Assembly (NCBI RefSeq): GCF_049645325.1
Contig: NZ_JBARTQ010000245.1
Location: forward strand, 4,447 to 68,446
From: Pseudomonas sp.
GTDB lineage: Bacteria > Pseudomonadota > Gammaproteobacteria > Pseudomonadales > Pseudomonadaceae
Length of the DNA: 64,000 nucleotides
Direction: 5' to 3'
Shown here: positions 54,884 to 63,583 of the stretch, in pieces
Layout: each line of letters begins with the position of its first letter
How positions within the stretch are numbered: the stretch's first letter is position 1
Translations under genes and position numbers: made by a program
The notes under the pieces: generated by a model
What the model was told of the DNA's origin: nothing
Seen by the model: only the letters and a program-made list of their open reading frames with translations
Database searches by the model: none

Positions 54884-55672
54884 ATGAAATCCAGCAAGTT
54901 CTCGCTCCTCGCTTTTTTGATGTCCTGCCTGGTCGCAGGCTGGGGGTTGGTGTACGTCGGGCGCATTCAATGGGCCATCCGGGTGGCGGCGCTGATGTAT
55001 ATCGGTGTTGTGCTGATGGGGGTGAGCGGGCTGGCCGCCACACCTGTCGGGCTGTATGTATTCATCGCTTTTATCATCACGCTCAAGCTGGCCTCCGCGA
55101 TTGCCTCCGCCGTGATTGCCCGCCATTACGACGGCCCGCCGGGCGTACCACGCAAGCGTTTCCATGTGCTCTACGTGGGTGTGTTGATCGTGATCACCTT
55201 GCTCATATTCGAGGTGTTCCGCGCGCCGCTGCTGGGCTTCAAAAACTACTTCATACCGTCGGGCTCGATGGCACCGACGCTGTCGGTCGGTGACTACATC
55301 ATTTCGGACTTGCGGCCAGGTGCGCCCAAGGTGGGCGATATCGTGGTGTACCGCTGGAACGGCACCGAGGCGGTCAAGCGCGTGGCGGGCGTTGGCGGCG
55401 ACACGCTGGCCATCGTCAATGGCGAGTTGATCCGCAACGGCGAGAACCTGGGGCTGTTCCACGCGCCGGCCGCGCGCGTCGAAAAGGACTACTCCCTGGC
55501 ACTGGCGCCACTGCGCGTCGAGCCGGGCCATGTGTACTTGTTGGGCGACAACCGTGATGTGAGCAATGACAGCCGCTTCATGGGCCAGGTGGCCGATGAG
55601 GACGTGGTCGGCAAAGTGACCGGCATCTGGTTCTCGGGTGAGCTGGGGCGCATCGGTACCACTTTCCCTTGA
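54884..55672 (+). CDS. Signal peptidase I (S26A) paralogue with an extra polytopic N-terminal region
   Basis: 262 aa. The catalytic boxes are present: SGSMAPTL (Ser codon 55265-55267), VKRVAGVGGD (Lys codon 55376-55378) and GDNRDVSNDSRFMG. About 100 N-terminal residues form 3-4 TM segments. Confidence 0.85.
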   Translation: MKSSKFSLLAFLMSCLVAGWGLVYVGRIQWAIRVAALMYIGVVLMGVSGLAATPVGLYVFIAFIITLKLASAIASAVIARHYDGPPGVPRKRFHVLYVGVLIVITLLIFEVFRAPLLGFKNYFIPSGSMAPTLSVGDYIISDLRPGAPKVGDIVVYRWNGTEAVKRVAGVGGDTLAIVNGELIRNGENLGLFHAPAARVEKDYSLALAPLRVEPGHVYLLGDNRDVSNDSRFMGQVADEDVVGKVTGIWFSGELGRIGTTFP

Positions 55673-55907
55673 TGCGTGAGGTTCGTGCGCATGGCCGGTT
55701 TCGACGAGAAGGGTTCTTCGGCTGCGTTGAGCACCCAATCGCAACGCTATGAAGTGGGCGAACTGGGCGCCGGTTTGCGTCTGGCGGGCAACCTGCCGTT
55801 GGGCGGCTATACCCCGGCGCGGGAGCGAAAGCACTTGAGTCCGGTGGGCAACCCCGTAAAATGCCGCCGCACTGGCAACATGCCACCTTTCAGGGACGAA
55901 TAAAGCA

Positions 55908-56489
55908 ATGCGTGTTTTTGCCTTTCTCCTGGCCATCTGCCTGATGGCCGGCTGCGCTTCCAAGCCGGACTACTACCTCTCACCGGCGCCGGTCACCCTT
56001 CCCAAGACGGCGACTTACTGGCTCGACACCTTCGACGTGGACGTGGTGGGCAAGAACGAGCGCTTTTTGCCGGATGCCAAGGTCCGCCAGCAACTGGGCG
56101 TCGACCTGGTCAACCGTCTGCTCCAGGCCAAGCGCTACGCCACCAGCAAAGACAAGGCCGATTACCTGCTGGATGTGAGCGTTATCTATACGCGGCGCAT
56201 CCAGGACACCCAAGGTGGCTTCATGACGGCCATCGTCGATGACAACACCATTCTCGCCAGTGTCGACTTCCACTATTCGGTCAAGATCAAGCAGGCCGAT
56301 GCCGAGATACTGCACTTTTCTCAAGCTCGCCAGGGGCTGATGCCCGCGGGTTACAGGGGCGACTGGCAGAACATGAAAACCATGGCCGGCGTGCTGACCA
56401 ACTCCGGCAATTCGAGCGTTGAGTCCTACTACACCGGGTTGTTGAGCCGGTTTATCGTCGACGACCTGCGCAACATTCCTTCCCGTTAG
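55908..56489 (+). CDS. Lipoprotein, unknown function
   Basis: 193 aa with a lipobox (CLMAGC). No family was recognised. Confidence 0.7.
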   Translation: MRVFAFLLAICLMAGCASKPDYYLSPAPVTLPKTATYWLDTFDVDVVGKNERFLPDAKVRQQLGVDLVNRLLQAKRYATSKDKADYLLDVSVIYTRRIQDTQGGFMTAIVDDNTILASVDFHYSVKIKQADAEILHFSQARQGLMPAGYRGDWQNMKTMAGVLTNSGNSSVESYYTGLLSRFIVDDLRNIPSR

Positions 56490-56532
56490 TTTTACTGCTG
56501 CAACGGCTGATCTCTCACTCTAGGAGCACCAC

Positions 56533-57216
56533 GTGAAAACACTGTCCAAAATCCTGCTGTCGGGCCTCACCGCCGCAGCGCTGCTGACCGTGGCCGGTTG
56601 CGCCACTGAAAGCAACCGCGCGCTGCCGGTGGAGCAAGTCGCCAGCGCCAACGTCGCCTATTCCGGCGTGCGCGTGCCGATTGCCGTGGGCAAGTTCGAC
56701 AACCGCTCCAGCTACATGCGCGGCATCTTCTCCGACGGCGTCGACCGTCTCGGCGGCCAGGCCAAGACCATCCTGATTACCCACCTCCAACAAACCAACC
56801 GCTTCAGCGTGCTGGACCGCGACAACATGGGCGAAATCTCCCAGGAAGCTGCGATCAAAGGCACCGTGCAGAAGCTCAAGGGTGCTGACTACGTAGTGAC
56901 CGGCGACGTGACCGAGTTCGGCCGCAAAGAGACCGGCGACCGCCAGTTGTTCGGCATTCTCGGCCGTGGCAAAACCCAGGTGGCTTACGCCAAAGTCGCG
57001 TTGAATATCGTCAACATCAGCACCTCTGAAGTGGTGTATTCCACCCAGGGCGCGGGTGAGTACGCACTGTCCAACCGTGAAGTGATCGGCTTTGGCGGCA
57101 CCGCCAGCTATGACTCCACCCTCAATGGCAAGGTCCTCGACCTGGCCATGCGCGAAGCGATCAACCGCCTGGTCGACGGCATCAACGCCGGCGCCTGGAA
57201 CCCGCGCAACCAATAA
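56533..57216 (+). CDS. CsgG/HfaB-family lipoprotein (curli-secretion-channel-like)
   Basis: 227 aa with a GTG start and a lipobox (TVAGC). The segment VRVPIAVGKFDNRSSY...LITHLQQTNRFSVLDRDNM...ADYVVTGDVTEF is the CsgG-family pattern. Confidence 0.8.
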   Translation: MKTLSKILLSGLTAAALLTVAGCATESNRALPVEQVASANVAYSGVRVPIAVGKFDNRSSYMRGIFSDGVDRLGGQAKTILITHLQQTNRFSVLDRDNMGEISQEAAIKGTVQKLKGADYVVTGDVTEFGRKETGDRQLFGILGRGKTQVAYAKVALNIVNISTSEVVYSTQGAGEYALSNREVIGFGGTASYDSTLNGKVLDLAMREAINRLVDGINAGAWNPRNQ

Positions 57217-57242
57217 TAAAAACGCCAAGGAGCAGTACACGG

Positions 57243-57605
57243 ATGAGCAAGGCAGTGAAGTTGGCGCTGATGCTGACAGCAATCGCGACGGTCGCCGGGT
57301 GCCAAACGGCGCCCCAACCCCTGTATCAGTGGGAAAGCTACCAGCCGCAGGTTTACGAATACTTCAAGGGCGAGCCCAAGGAAGCGCAGGTGGAAGCACT
57401 GGAGCGCGATCTGCAAAAGATCAACGCCAGTGGCCGCAAGGCGCCGCCGGGTTACCACGCGCACCTGGGCATGCTGTACATGACCATGGGCAAGGATGAC
57501 CAGATGGTGCAGGAGTTTCGCACCGAGAAGGCGCTGTTCCCCGAGTCTGCTTCCTACATGGACTTTTTGCTGAAAAACGCCAAGACCGGAGTCGCCACTA
57601 AATGA
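57243..57605 (+). CDS. DUF4810-family lipoprotein
   Basis: 120 aa with a lipobox (TVAGC). The segment PLYQWESYQPQVYEYFK...PPGYHAHLGMLYM..GK...FRTEKALFPES is present. Confidence 0.75.
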   Translation: MSKAVKLALMLTAIATVAGCQTAPQPLYQWESYQPQVYEYFKGEPKEAQVEALERDLQKINASGRKAPPGYHAHLGMLYMTMGKDDQMVQEFRTEKALFPESASYMDFLLKNAKTGVATK

Positions 57606-58252
57606 GCCTGTTAAAACTCACTGGCGCCTTGCTGGCCCTGGCCTTGCTCGGCGGTTGCGCAGCCCCCAAGACCATTGATTACACGGCGTACAAACAGGCA
57701 CGGCCCAAGTCGATCCTGGTACTGCCGCCGGTCAACGAGTCGCCCGAAGTGCAGGCGTCGTACAGCATGGTGTCGCAAGTCACCTACCCGCTGGCCGAAG
57801 CCGGCTACTACGTGTTGCCGATTGCCCTGGTGGACGAAACGTTCCGCCAGAACGGCCTGACCACCGCCAACGATATCCAGGCCGTGGCGCCGGGCAAGCT
57901 GCATGACATCTTTGGCGCGGATGCGGCGCTGTACATCACCGTCAGCGAGTACGGCACCAAATACATGCTGATCTCCAGCGACACCTCTGTGACGGCCTCG
58001 GCCAAACTGGTCGACCTGCGCACCGGCACCACCCTGTGGACCGGCTCGGCGCGCGCGTCCAGCGAAGAAGGCAACAACAATGGCGGCGGCCTGGTGGGCA
58101 TGCTGATCACGGCGGCGGTCAAGCAGGTGATCAACAGCTCCACCGATGCCGCGCACCCGATCGCCGGTATCACCAGCGCGCGCCTGCTGTCGGCGGGGCA
58201 ACGCACCGGCATTCTGTACGGCCCGCGTAACCCGAAATACGGCACCGACTGA
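57602..58252 (+). CDS. DUF799 (GNA1162-like) lipoprotein
   Basis: 216 aa with a 4-nt overlap with the DUF4810 gene. It has a lipobox (LLGGC) and the segment KSILVLPPVNESPEVQASY...YPLAEAGYYVLPIALVDE. Confidence 0.8.
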   Translation: MSLLKLTGALLALALLGGCAAPKTIDYTAYKQARPKSILVLPPVNESPEVQASYSMVSQVTYPLAEAGYYVLPIALVDETFRQNGLTTANDIQAVAPGKLHDIFGADAALYITVSEYGTKYMLISSDTSVTASAKLVDLRTGTTLWTGSARASSEEGNNNGGGLVGMLITAAVKQVINSSTDAAHPIAGITSARLLSAGQRTGILYGPRNPKYGTD

Positions 58253-58267
58253 TCTGTCGAAATGCAG

Positions 58268-58295
58268 CCTTTACTGGCCCCCCGGTCAGTAAAGG
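58268..58295. terminator. Hairpin between convergent genes, a candidate bidirectional terminator
   Basis: CCTTTACTGGCC-CCCC-GGTCAGTAAAGG is a 12-bp stem with 1 mismatch. It lies between the stops at 58252 (+) and 58306 (-). There is no U-tract. Confidence 0.4.
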
Positions 58296-58305
58296 CACCG
58301 GGTGA

Positions 58306-59574
58306 TCAATTCACCAGAATGTCTTTGGGTTTGATCACCTGCGTGCTCTTCACCAGGAAGTCCGGGTTTCGGTCGCCGGTCAGGTCTACGGCAATGAAGT
58401 AGCGATAGGTCTGTGGGTTGAAGCTCACGATTGTCTCCCCCGCGCGCCCGCTGAATGCGTTCACGAGGGTCAGGCGTGTATTCGCTTTTTTCTCGACGCC
58501 GCGCAGGTCAATGTTGTCTGTGCCGCTGGTGAAGTCCATGAGCTCATCCGGCGCTTCAGGCGTGGAGTCGCTGGCGTGGTGGTAGACGAACGTGTCGGCG
58601 CCCCGGCCACCGCGCAAGCGATCGGCGCCGCCGCCGCCCGTCAGCCGGTTGTCGGCGTCGTTACCGATCAGTGCATCGTGGCCTGAACCGCCAATCGCAT
58701 TTTCGACGGTGCAACCGCGCGCGATAGAGACATTGCCTTGCAAGCCGCCCACATCGGAAAACGAACCCGCCTTGAGGTTGATGACCTGGTTGTTGCCGTA
58801 CCCCGAGACGTCCAGCGTGTCGTTGCCGGCGCCGTCCCATATGCAAAACGCAGCGGTATCCCGGTGGTTTTTCAGGGTGTAGTAATCCCTGTCGTTGTTG
58901 GCATTGAAGCCGTAGGTGTTGTTCTCCCGGCGGGTCTGATGATTGGCGCCGTACGTGTGTTGGATGGCGCTGATGTCATCCATCATCGGCGCCTTTGGCC
59001 GCTCGCCTAGCTGTTTGCCGCTGCCTTGAGCGTCGAAATAGCTCATGACGGTATGGGCTTTTGAGTCTTGTGCGTAGACCCGCTGATCTTCCGTCGCCTG
59101 GCCGTTGTAGTGGCCCGGGTGGGTCAGGCCAAGGGTGTGACCGATTTCATGGGTTATGACCGTGCGCGCCACAAAATTGGGGTTGTAGACGGTATCGCCG
59201 CCTTGCACATGGGGGCTGGGATAGAAGCCTTGGGCGGCAACCTCGCTGTTGGAAATCCGAAAGGACAATCGCCCCTCTGCCCGGCTGCCGTTTTCAGTGA
59301 AGCTCAGGTTGGCCACATCGCTCCAGGACTGAATGGAACGCCGGGCCTCGTGTTTCTGCGCGTCGCTGAAGCTGCCGGCCGCGTCGTTTTTGAAGTGATA
59401 AGAAATCTCGGTCTTGCCGTTTCGGTTCCAGTCCTGCCAGGGGCCCGTGCTCTGCGTGAGTTGCTCAACGGCGCGTTGTTTATCAAAGGACTGTTTGTTG
59501 ATCCGGGTGATATGCGGGTCGTCCGCGCGCAGCGTGGGGTCAGCATTAGCCGGGGTTGGAGTGTGAGTGCCCAT
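58306..59574 (-). CDS. Serralysin-family (M10B) RTX zinc metalloprotease
   Basis: It has the zinc motif HEIGHTLGLTHPGHYN, a Met-turn (HTVMSYF), RTX nonapeptides (GGSGHDALIGNDADNRLTGGGGADRLRGGRGADTFVY) and a C-terminal DFLV...-type T1SS signal. The start is uncertain: ATG 59574 or TTG 59766. Confidence 0.85.
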   Translation of the reverse strand: MGTHTPTPANADPTLRADDPHITRINKQSFDKQRAVEQLTQSTGPWQDWNRNGKTEISYHFKNDAAGSFSDAQKHEARRSIQSWSDVANLSFTENGSRAEGRLSFRISNSEVAAQGFYPSPHVQGGDTVYNPNFVARTVITHEIGHTLGLTHPGHYNGQATEDQRVYAQDSKAHTVMSYFDAQGSGKQLGERPKAPMMDDISAIQHTYGANHQTRRENNTYGFNANNDRDYYTLKNHRDTAAFCIWDGAGNDTLDVSGYGNNQVINLKAGSFSDVGGLQGNVSIARGCTVENAIGGSGHDALIGNDADNRLTGGGGADRLRGGRGADTFVYHHASDSTPEAPDELMDFTSGTDNIDLRGVEKKANTRLTLVNAFSGRAGETIVSFNPQTYRYFIAVDLTGDRNPDFLVKSTQVIKPKDILVN

Positions 59575-60111
59575 CGCCGAGGTATCCGAACGGCGGTTGT
59601 ATTGAAGGGGTAAGTGTTGAGCCGGGCGCACAAACCGGTGCTGGCCGTGGGGGTGTATGAACGGTCGGAAGATGGCCCGGAACACGGAGGGCCGGGAAGC
59701 ACGGTGGGCCTGATGATTGGCCTGTGCAGGGGAGGGGTAGAAGAACGTTCTTAAATCGATTCTCAAGATGCCGATTCCTGGTGGGTATTTACGCTTTTCC
59801 TTACGTGATCACGTGTGCGGGCTCCCTTTTGCCAAGTGTAAAACTGCCAGTGCGACGTTAAATATCCAAAGGTCGATATGTGTCTGCGTAAATCTTTTTC
59901 GCTGGGTTTATAAGACGTTCAGGCAGGCGTGTGTTGGCTCACGCAATGTTTAACTTCAACGCTGGCCCCGGCGCTGTGGGACGCGCGACAGCCCAGGGAT
60001 TTGCCCGAGGCGCCCGCTCGGATTTTTCCTGCATTGTTGGCCGTTAACCCGAACCCCTGACGCTTTGCGTCTGACCTTGTGAGCGGTTTATTCATACACG
60101 AGGTTAAGCCA

Positions 60112-61752
60112 ATGTCCCGTCCTCTTCTGCAACTGCGTCCTGCTGCCCAAGGCGTCGCCGTTACCTTGCTGGCAACGCTGGCGGGGTGTGGGCTTTCTTC
60201 TTCCCGTGATGTACCAAAACCGGTTGAAGCCGCCGAGGTTTCAGCGCTGCACAGCGAGCCCGCCCAAGGCGCTCTGAGCAAACGCATGGCCATGCCTGCC
60301 CCAATGACCACGCGCCTGGTGATGCAGGATTCGGCAGCGATGCCCTACCGCAGTGAGCCGCGTGAGCAGTACGCCAACCTGCCGGAAAACCCGGTGCGTC
60401 GCGTCGCCGAAACCCCTGTCTCGACCTTCAGCGTCGACGTCGACACCGGCAGTTACGCCAACGTAAGACGTTTCCTCAATCAAGGCAGCCTGCCGCCCGA
60501 AGGCGCTGTGCGACTGGAGGAAATGGTCAATTACTTTCCCTACAACTACGCGCTGCCCACCGACGGCTCACCCTTCGGCGTGACCACCGAACTCGCCGCC
60601 ACGCCGTGGAACCCGCATACCCAACTGCTGCGCATCGGCATCAAAGCCTCCGACCGCACCGTGGCAAACCTGGCGCCGGCCAACCTGGTGTTCCTGGTGG
60701 ACGTGTCCGGCTCCATGGACCGCCGCGAAGGCTTGCCGCTGGTGAAAAGCACCCTGAAGTTGCTGGTCGACCAACTGCGCGACCAGGACCGCGTCTCGTT
60801 GGTGGTCTATGCCGGTGAGTCCCGTGTGGTGCTCAAACCCACGTCCGGCCGGGACAAAAGCAAAATCCGCGATGCCATCGACCAACTGACGGCCGGGGGC
60901 TCCACCGCGGGCGCATCCGGCATCGAACTGGCTTACCAGATGGCCCGCGCCGGGTTTATCGACAAAGGCATCAACCGCATCCTGCTGGCCACCGACGGTG
61001 ATTTCAATGTGGGCGTCAGCGATTTCGACAGCCTCAAGCAAATGGCCGTCGAGCAGCGCAAAAGCGGGGTTTCCCTCACCACCCTGGGTTTTGGTGTGGA
61101 TAACTACAACGAACACCTGATGGAACAATTGGCCGACGCGGGCGACGGCAACTACGCCTACATCGACACCCTGCGCGAGGCGCGAAAAGTGCTGGTGGAC
61201 CAGCTCAGTTCGACCCTGGCGGTGGTGGCGCGCGACGTAAAACTGCAGGTCGAATTCAACCCGGCCCAGGTCAGCGAATACCGCCTGCTGGGCTATGAAA
61301 ATCGTGCCTTGAAACGTGAGGACTTCAACAACGACAAGGTCGACGCCGGTGAAATTGGCGCAGGCCACACGGTGACCGCGCTGTACGAAATTGTGCCTAA
61401 AGGCCAGAAGGGCTGGTTGGAGCCGTTGCGCTACGCCGCCGCGCCGGCCGCTGTAAACACCTCCGCTGAGCTGGCGATGTTGCGTGTGCGCTATAAACCC
61501 GCGGCCGGTGGCGAGAGCCTGCTGATTGAACGGCCCATCAGCGCCCAAGCGACCCCGGCCAGCGACGACCTGCGCTTCTCGGCAGCCGTCGCCGCCTTCG
61601 CCCAACAGCTCAAGGGCGATGGCCGCTACACTGGCAGCATGCGTTTGCAGGACACCGCCGCGTTGGCGCGCTCGGCCCGGGGCGACGACCCGTTCGGGCT
61701 GCGCAATGAATTCGTGCAACTGGTGGAATTGGCTCAAGGCCTCAAGCGCTGA
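60112..61752 (+). CDS. von Willebrand factor type A domain lipoprotein (YfbK-like)
   Basis: ATG 60112 gives a lipobox (LATLAGC). The motifs VSTFSVDVDTGSYANVRRFLNQG.LPP..AVR.EEMVNYF and the MIDAS-type segment NLVFLVDVSGSM are present. Confidence 0.85.
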   Translation: MSRPLLQLRPAAQGVAVTLLATLAGCGLSSSRDVPKPVEAAEVSALHSEPAQGALSKRMAMPAPMTTRLVMQDSAAMPYRSEPREQYANLPENPVRRVAETPVSTFSVDVDTGSYANVRRFLNQGSLPPEGAVRLEEMVNYFPYNYALPTDGSPFGVTTELAATPWNPHTQLLRIGIKASDRTVANLAPANLVFLVDVSGSMDRREGLPLVKSTLKLLVDQLRDQDRVSLVVYAGESRVVLKPTSGRDKSKIRDAIDQLTAGGSTAGASGIELAYQMARAGFIDKGINRILLATDGDFNVGVSDFDSLKQMAVEQRKSGVSLTTLGFGVDNYNEHLMEQLADAGDGNYAYIDTLREARKVLVDQLSSTLAVVARDVKLQVEFNPAQVSEYRLLGYENRALKREDFNNDKVDAGEIGAGHTVTALYEIVPKGQKGWLEPLRYAAAPAAVNTSAELAMLRVRYKPAAGGESLLIERPISAQATPASDDLRFSAAVAAFAQQLKGDGRYTGSMRLQDTAALARSARGDDPFGLRNEFVQLVELAQGLKR

Positions 61753-61765
61753 TCTCAAACAGACA

Positions 61766-61863
61766 GGGAGCTGGCTTGCCTGCGATGGCATCACCTCGGT
61801 CAACTTCTCTACCGAGTTGCCTGTAGAGCGAGTTGCCGGAATCGCAGGCAAGCCAGCGCCCAC
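61766..61863. repeat. REP-type extragenic palindrome (copy 3 of 3)
   Basis: GGGAGCTGGCTTGCCTGCGAT (61766-61786) pairs with ATCGCAGGCAAGCCAGCGCCCAC (61841-61863). Confidence 0.85.
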
Positions 61864-61906
61864 CGTTAGATCGGTTTCGACTGTCAGAAAGGAGTTCGCC
61901 ACCGAC

Positions 61907-62479
61907 ATGGCCGTTCCAGATGATTTACCCAGCGACGAAGCGCTGCTGGCCCGCTACCGAACCGGCGACGCTGCCGCGTTCGAAGCCTTGTATGCGCGGC
62001 ATCGCCAAGGCCTGTACCGGTTTCTTGTGTCCCTGAGCAACAAGGCCGAGCTGGCTGAGGAAATCTACCAGGAGACCTGGCTCAGCCTGATCCGCAGCAC
62101 CACCCAGCCACAGGGCCGGGCGAGTTTTCGTACATGGTTGTTTCAGATTGCCCGCAACCGCCTGATCGATCACTGGCGCAAGCACGGCATCCACACCCCG
62201 CTGCACGACAGCTACGACGAACAGTTGCACGCGCAAGTCGACGACAGCGCCGGGCCCGAACAGCAATTAAGCCTGAGCCGCGACCAGGCGCGGCTTGACG
62301 CTGCCCTGCAAGACTTGCCCGAAGACCAGCGCGAAGTCTTCCTGCTGCGCCTGCACGGCGACCTCGAAGTGCCGCAAATCGCGGCCCTCACCCAAACCCC
62401 GCTGGAAACCGTGAAAAGCCGCCTGCGTTACGCCCAGCAGAAACTGCGCCGCCTGCTGGCCGAGGAGATATCCGTATGA
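61907..62479 (+). CDS. ECF-type RNA polymerase sigma-70 family factor
   Basis: AAGGAG lies upstream of ATG 61907. Region 2 (FEALYARHRQGLYRFL...EEIYQETWLSLIR...WLFQIARNRLIDHWR) and region 4 (LPEDQREVFLLR...ETVKSRLRYA) are present. Confidence 0.9.
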   Translation: MAVPDDLPSDEALLARYRTGDAAAFEALYARHRQGLYRFLVSLSNKAELAEEIYQETWLSLIRSTTQPQGRASFRTWLFQIARNRLIDHWRKHGIHTPLHDSYDEQLHAQVDDSAGPEQQLSLSRDQARLDAALQDLPEDQREVFLLRLHGDLEVPQIAALTQTPLETVKSRLRYAQQKLRRLLAEEISV

Positions 62480-63081
62480 CCGACTCCCGACACCCCCAGG
62501 ACTCCGACGACGTGTTGTTGCAACACTTTCGTCAACACAGCACCGATGAACCGCCGGCGTCCCTCGACGCCTTCATCCTCAACGCCGCCCGCCGCGAAGC
62601 CCCGGCGCCGCCGCCAAGCCTGTGGCAACGCTGGCTGCACGCGTGCCAGCGACCACGCTGGCAGATGGCATTTGCCACCGTCGCCGGTGTAGCGCTGCTG
62701 ATCGGCGTGGTCATGCGCTCACCCGTGTCGCAGCCGGACATCTCCACCGCGACCTTCACCGCGCTCCACCAGGAAGCCGCCCGCCCGGCGCCGCAAGCCT
62801 TCTCGGCCCCCGCGCCCATGGCCCGGATGGCCGCCGCGCCCAAGGCGGAAAGCGCGCCGGTTCAAGCTGAAATCGCCGGCTCGCTGGCGGATGCGCCCGC
62901 GGCGAAACTCAGCAAACGCGCGGCGGTGGCATTGCCGTCGCTGGAGCAAGGGTTGCAGGAAATTGCGAACCTGCGTCAGGCAGGAGAGGGCCGGTTGGCA
63001 GATGAAAAGCTGCTGGCGCTGTACAAACGCTTTCCCCAGGAAGATTTGCCGGCGCGGCTGGAGGCGCTGCAGAAGCGTTAA
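62476..63081 (+). CDS. Putative anti-sigma factor (single TM)
   Basis: 201 aa with a 4-nt overlap with the sigma factor gene. It has a central TM ([17 protein letters not shown]). The call rests on position and architecture. Confidence 0.6.
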   Translation: MTDSRHPQDSDDVLLQHFRQHSTDEPPASLDAFILNAARREAPAPPPSLWQRWLHACQRPRWQMAFATVAGVALLIGVVMRSPVSQPDISTATFTALHQEAARPAPQAFSAPAPMARMAAAPKAESAPVQAEIAGSLADAPAAKLSKRAAVALPSLEQGLQEIANLRQAGEGRLADEKLLALYKRFPQEDLPARLEALQKR

Positions 63082-63092
63082 ACGCCGGGCAC

Positions 63093-63127
63093 AAAAAAGC
63101 CCCAGGTCTTGCGACCTGGGGCTTTTT
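63093..63127. terminator. Bidirectional rho-independent terminator
   Basis: AAAAAAGCCCCAGGTC-TTGC-GACCTGGGGCTTTTT has an 11-bp perfect stem flanked by an A-run and a T-run. It lies between the anti-sigma gene (+) and the tRNA (-). Confidence 0.85.
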
Positions 63128-63137
63128 CATCTGTATC

Positions 63138-63214
63138 TGGTGCACCCGGCGGGATTCGAACCCACGACCCCTGCCTTCGGAGGGCAGTACTCTATCCAGC
63201 TGAGCTACGGATGC
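63138..63214 (-). tRNA. tRNA-Arg (anticodon CCG)
   Basis: The reverse complement is GCATCCGTAGCTCAGCTGGATAGAGTACTGCCCTCCGAAGGCAGGGGTCGTGGGTTCGAATCCCGCCGGGTGCACCA. It forms a 7-bp acceptor stem and a CTGCC/GGCAG anticodon stem with loop CT-CCG-AA. The TTCGAATCC T-loop and an encoded CCA are present. Confidence 0.9.
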
Positions 63215-63583
63215 TTGTGCGGGCGACATCATACCCATGTCGACCTTGGGCGTCCATGCTGGGTTTTGGCCGTTTATGGGTAGGAATTTGCCCCGCAGAG
63301 GCCCTGCGCCGTGTACCGGTGATCGATGCGCTTGAACCCGGCCGAAACACGCTGATCAGAAAGTTTCGGCAAATGCGCCGTTTTCGTTCTTTTTTTCGAA
63401 CAGACTATTGCCCTGTACCCCCATTGATCCTAGGATTCGTTTGAGATTTCAAACGCTCTGTCTCCCGCGTGCTTTTTTCTTCCCCGCGCGCTGGGGCTGA
63501 TTTCCCTGACGGCAGCCCACAAGGCGCCTTTCAACAACTCTAATTCGCTCCGCGTGCGCGCGGTGCTGTTAAGGAAAGCCGAC

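Noticed and set aside
55676-55903. A 75-aa ORF in the 235-nt gap between the SPase I paralogue and the next lipoprotein gene.
   Set aside because: It has no RBS, an Arg/Gly-rich composition and no motif. It is probably non-coding spacer or promoter DNA.
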